A model generated the notes under the pieces. It was not told the DNA's origin and did not search any database. It saw nothing but the letters and a program-made list of their open reading frames with translations. From a bacterium (lineage in GTDB: Bacteria > Bacteroidota > Bacteroidia > Bacteroidales > Bacteroidaceae): DNA of 64,000 bases. The translations under genes were made by a program, and so were the position numbers. The stretch covers positions 22,060 through 86,059 of the forward strand of contig CAVBJM010000005.1 in assembly GCA_963595925.1 (NCBI GenBank), read 5' to 3'. Positions 60,729 through 64,000 of this stretch are shown here, one piece after another (position 1 is the first letter of the stretch; every line of letters begins with the position of its first letter).

Positions 60729-63700
60729 TTAAAAGCCCAGGTTGATACCAAAGTTCACAGAGAGCGCACGCGGATAAGCCGAGAAGTCCAATCCCGGAGT
60801 CAAAGCGCTTTCGCGGACAGATACTTCAGGATCGTAACCTGAATAGTTGGTCAGTGTCCAAAGGTTCGAAGCGGCTACGTACACACGTGCCTTGCTCAGT
60901 TTGTACTTGTTCAGGAAAGACTTGGGCAATGAATATCCCAGTGTTACGGTCTTCAAGCGGAGGAACGAACCGTCTTCTACGATACGTGAAGAAATAACCA
61001 TGTTCGAGCCAGAGTTTGTAGCGCGTGGAATATCGCTATACGGGTTTTCTTCGGTCCAACGGTCTGCGTACGAAGCGTACTGGTTCAACTCACGTTTCTT
61101 CTGGAAGCCGCTCTCGAAGAACAAACGGTTAGCGTTCAAGATGTCGTTTCCGTAGCTCCACTGGAAGAAGATGTTCAAGTCGAAGCCTTTATAAGTAAGG
61201 TTGTTGGTGAAACCGCCAGTGTGGATAGGAGTACCGCGACCAATCATGGTACGGTCGTTGGCATCGATAACGCCATCGCCGTTCAGGTCGGCGTACTTCG
61301 GCATACCCGGCTGAGTGTTCGCTTCACTGGTGTAGTGAGGAACTGTGCTCTTCAGCGTATAGGAGTTTCCCGACTGGTTGAAGTCTTCGTACTTGTAAGT
61401 TCCTTCGTAAATGTATCCGTACATCATACCCATGGGATAGCCCACCTTGGCGATGTAGTTAGGCTGGCTATTGAAGTTCTGGTCGAACGATGCAGTAGTA
61501 AGCAAGCTGTTCTGTCCTTCGGTCAGTTCCAATACTTTATTCTTGTTGAAAGAGATGTTGATGCTGGAAGTCCATTCAAATCCTTTCTTCTTAATGTTTA
61601 CCGTGTTCAAGGTAAGTTCCAAACCGTCGTTGCGAACCTTACCGATGTTCTTCATGGCCGAAGCGTAACCCGATGAGTAAGGAAGCTGTGCGTTCAGCAG
61701 CAAGTCGCGAGTGGTCTTGCGATAAAGGTCCATGGTAAAGCCGATACGGTCATCGAAGAAGCCGAGGTCGAGACCTAAGTTCCACTGTTCAGTAGTTTCC
61801 CACTTCAGGTCGGAGTTAGGCAACGAAGTAGGTGCAACACCAACCGAAGCTACACCGTTGAACGAGTAAACGGTATTCGGAATAGAAGCGCTGCTTACGT
61901 GGCTACGAATCATGTCGAGCAAAGCGTAACGGTCGTATTCGCCGATACGGTTGTTACCGGTGAGACCCCAGCTCAAACGCAACTTACCGTTGTTCATCCA
62001 TGAGCGAACGTCTTTCATGAAACGTTCTTTCGTGAAGTTCCAAGCTCCAGAAACCGAGGGGAAGTAACCGTAACGGTTTTCCTTGCTGAACTTCGAAGAA
62101 CCGTCGGCACGGAACGAAGCGGTGAGGTAATATTTCGACTTGTAGTTATACGATGCGTTAGCGAAGTAAGAGAACAAAGACCAAGACGTCTTACCAGAAG
62201 ACATCGTATTGATAGTACCTTGATCAAGAGCAGAGATTCCGAGCGATTCGTTAGGAAGGTCGCGTGCGCTATAGCCATAGGCTTCGTAGTCGGAGTTCTG
62301 AAGGGTAGTACCCAACATCACGTTCAGATAGTGCTTACGTTTCCAGTTGGTCTGGTAAGTAAGGATGTTTTCGTTCAACCAAGTAAGACGCTGCGTGCGG
62401 CTGATAGAACCGTTTACGCCCATCTGCGAACGAGGACCACCGTAACGGGTGCTTGAATTGTTGAACACGTCAGCGTGACGGTTGTCGTAGGTGTATCCAC
62501 CAGTTACCTTCAGCTTCAGTCCTTTGATGAACTCGTACTGTACGTATCCGTTCAACTGGAGGTTATTGGTGTAGTTCTTACGGTATGCGTTTTCCAAGTC
62601 CAAAATCGGGTTGAAGCGGTAGTCGCTTGCTTCGTCCTTAGTGGCCTGGTCGATAAGCTCGGTGCGAAGAGATTCGAGTGAACCGTTCGGGTAAGCTACC
62701 GGGCGGTAACCCCAAACGCTATAGAACAAGTTGTTCATACCCGAATAAGAGTTAGACGAAGGTGATGAACCGTTCTGAATGGCGCGCGAGTAGTTGAACG
62801 TAAGGTTTACGGTCAAGCGATTGCGCTTGATGATGGTATTCAAACGGCTCTGCAAGCGCTGATAGTCAGAGTTCAGCAAGATACCGTCCTGTCCGTAGTA
62901 CGAAAGAGAAGCGTTGTAACGGGCAGCTTCAGTACCTCCAGAGAGGCGGAGGTTATGGTTCTGCGCCCATGCGGTGCGGAACACTTCGTCCTGCCAGTCG
63001 GCAGTTTCGGCGTTGCGATAATCTTCCAGCGTGTATTTCTTGCCTTCGTAAGTCATGAAGTAACGTTCTTCGGCACGAGCCGGGTCAACTTCCTGCTGCA
63101 GTTTTACGAAATCGTAACCGCTAAGCATATCCATATATTTGGTAACTTTCGATATACCGAAGCTACCGTCGTACGAGAGCTGAGCGCGTCCTACCACACC
63201 TTTCTTAGTAGTGATGACCACTACACCGTTGGCACCACGCGAACCGTAAATAGCGGTAGCCGACGCGTCTTTCAAGATGTTGATAGACTCAATGTCGCTC
63301 GGGTTGATGGCCGATGCCATTTCAGGATCTTCTGCAGGGAAACCGTCGATGATGTAAAGCGGCGTGTTGTCCTGCGTCAGTGAGTTGTTACCACGGATGG
63401 TGATGTTCATCGTAGCTCCCGGCATACCTTCCGATGAGCTAACGTTCACACCGGCGATACGTCCACCCAGTGTCTGGTCGAACGTGGCAACCGGCGTACT
63501 CAACAAGTCGTTCATGCTGGCGCTGGCCACCGAAGTGGTCAAGTCGGCCTTGCGGACTTCCTGATAACCCACTACTACTACTTCGTCCAAGGCCTGTGAA
63601 TCGTCTTTCATCACAACGTTGAACGATTTCTTGTTACCCACTTTCACCTCTTGCGTTTTATAGCCGATGAAAGAGAATTGAAGCACGTCGGAAGGACGTA

Positions 63701-63905
63701 CATTCTTCAGAGTAAACTTACCGTCCATGTCGGTTGTCACTCCGTTCTTTGTGCCTTTCACTACAACACTTACCCCGATCAATTCGCCGGTGGCATCCGA
63801 TACTACTCCCGTCACTTCTCCGCCGGTCTGCGCCTGCATGGGAGACAGGCCGCCCAGGAATGAGAAGAAAAACAACAGTAGCATCAAAGTCGTTTTCTGT
63901 TTCAT
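60729..63905 (-). CDS. susC: SusC/RagA TonB-dependent transporter
   Basis: Start MKQK at 63905; LKDASATAIYGSRGANGVVVITTKKG, LKWETT, terminal INLGF. Confidence 0.95.
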   Translation of the reverse strand: MKQKTTLMLLLFFFSFLGGLSPMQAQTGGEVTGVVSDATGELIGVSVVVKGTKNGVTTDMDGKFTLKNVRPSDVLQFSFIGYKTQEVKVGNKKSFNVVMKDDSQALDEVVVVGYQEVRKADLTTSVASASMNDLLSTPVATFDQTLGGRIAGVNVSSSEGMPGATMNITIRGNNSLTQDNTPLYIIDGFPAEDPEMASAINPSDIESINILKDASATAIYGSRGANGVVVITTKKGVVGRAQLSYDGSFGISKVTKYMDMLSGYDFVKLQQEVDPARAEERYFMTYEGKKYTLEDYRNAETADWQDEVFRTAWAQNHNLRLSGGTEAARYNASLSYYGQDGILLNSDYQRLQSRLNTIIKRNRLTVNLTFNYSRAIQNGSSPSSNSYSGMNNLFYSVWGYRPVAYPNGSLESLRTELIDQATKDEASDYRFNPILDLENAYRKNYTNNLQLNGYVQYEFIKGLKLKVTGGYTYDNRHADVFNNSSTRYGGPRSQMGVNGSISRTQRLTWLNENILTYQTNWKRKHYLNVMLGTTLQNSDYEAYGYSARDLPNESLGISALDQGTINTMSSGKTSWSLFSYFANASYNYKSKYYLTASFRADGSSKFSKENRYGYFPSVSGAWNFTKERFMKDVRSWMNNGKLRLSWGLTGNNRIGEYDRYALLDMIRSHVSSASIPNTVYSFNGVASVGVAPTSLPNSDLKWETTEQWNLGLDLGFFDDRIGFTMDLYRKTTRDLLLNAQLPYSSGYASAMKNIGKVRNDGLELTLNTVNIKKKGFEWTSSINISFNKNKVLELTEGQNSLLTTASFDQNFNSQPNYIAKVGYPMGMMYGYIYEGTYKYEDFNQSGNSYTLKSTVPHYTSEANTQPGMPKYADLNGDGVIDANDRTMIGRGTPIHTGGFTNNLTYKGFDLNIFFQWSYGNDILNANRLFFESGFQKKRELNQYASYADRWTEENPYSDIPRATNSGSNMVISSRIVEDGSFLRLKTVTLGYSLPKSFLNKYKLSKARVYVAASNLWTLTNYSGYDPEVSVRESALTPGLDFSAYPRALSVNFGINLGF

Positions 63906-63971
63906 AAATATTAAATAACAAATTAATGATGAATGTCTTATGTCGGTACAACACATTTGTTACACCGGTTA

Positions 63972-63979
63972 CAAACTTA
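63972..63979 (-). promoter_or_regulatory. -7 promoter element for the GAG PUL
   Basis: TAAGTTTG on the - strand. Confidence 0.5.
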
Positions 63980-64000
63980 TTGCATTTAAACAAACGACGC

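Overview
Chromosomal window from a Bacteroidales bacterium (about 50% GC; Bacteroides-type TAnnTTTG promoters, SusC/SusD pairs, a hybrid two-component system). Left to right: (1) a + strand seven-gene operon (187-9878) of DUF4493-like and PCMD-like lipoproteins plus one outer-membrane beta-barrel; five of the lipoproteins share a type V pilin-like leader (lipobox Cys, one beta strand, Ser-Arg site); (2) a - strand HTCS-linked PUL with tandem susC/susD pairs and one GH16; (3) a probable M20 peptidase remnant and a 21-bp repeat array, then a + strand CAZyme-free susC/susD locus with a FISUMP-like lipoprotein, two thiol-disulfide oxidoreductases and an aspartyl protease; (4) housekeeping genes (nitroreductase, ppx, ppk1, M16 peptidase, argS, RNase HI, LTA-synthase-like, LOG, SIS isomerase, PfkB kinase, S41 protease, coaD, parE, GNAT) with a second 21-bp array; (5) a - strand chondroitin/GAG PUL (susC, susD, surface lipoprotein, PL8 chondroitinase ABC, sulfatase). 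No rRNA, tRNA, CRISPR array, transposase or integrase was recognised. Family names come from motif recognition by eye; no searches were run. Best candidates for an undescribed system are the pilin-like DUF4493/PCMD operon and the susC/susD-thioredoxin-protease locus.
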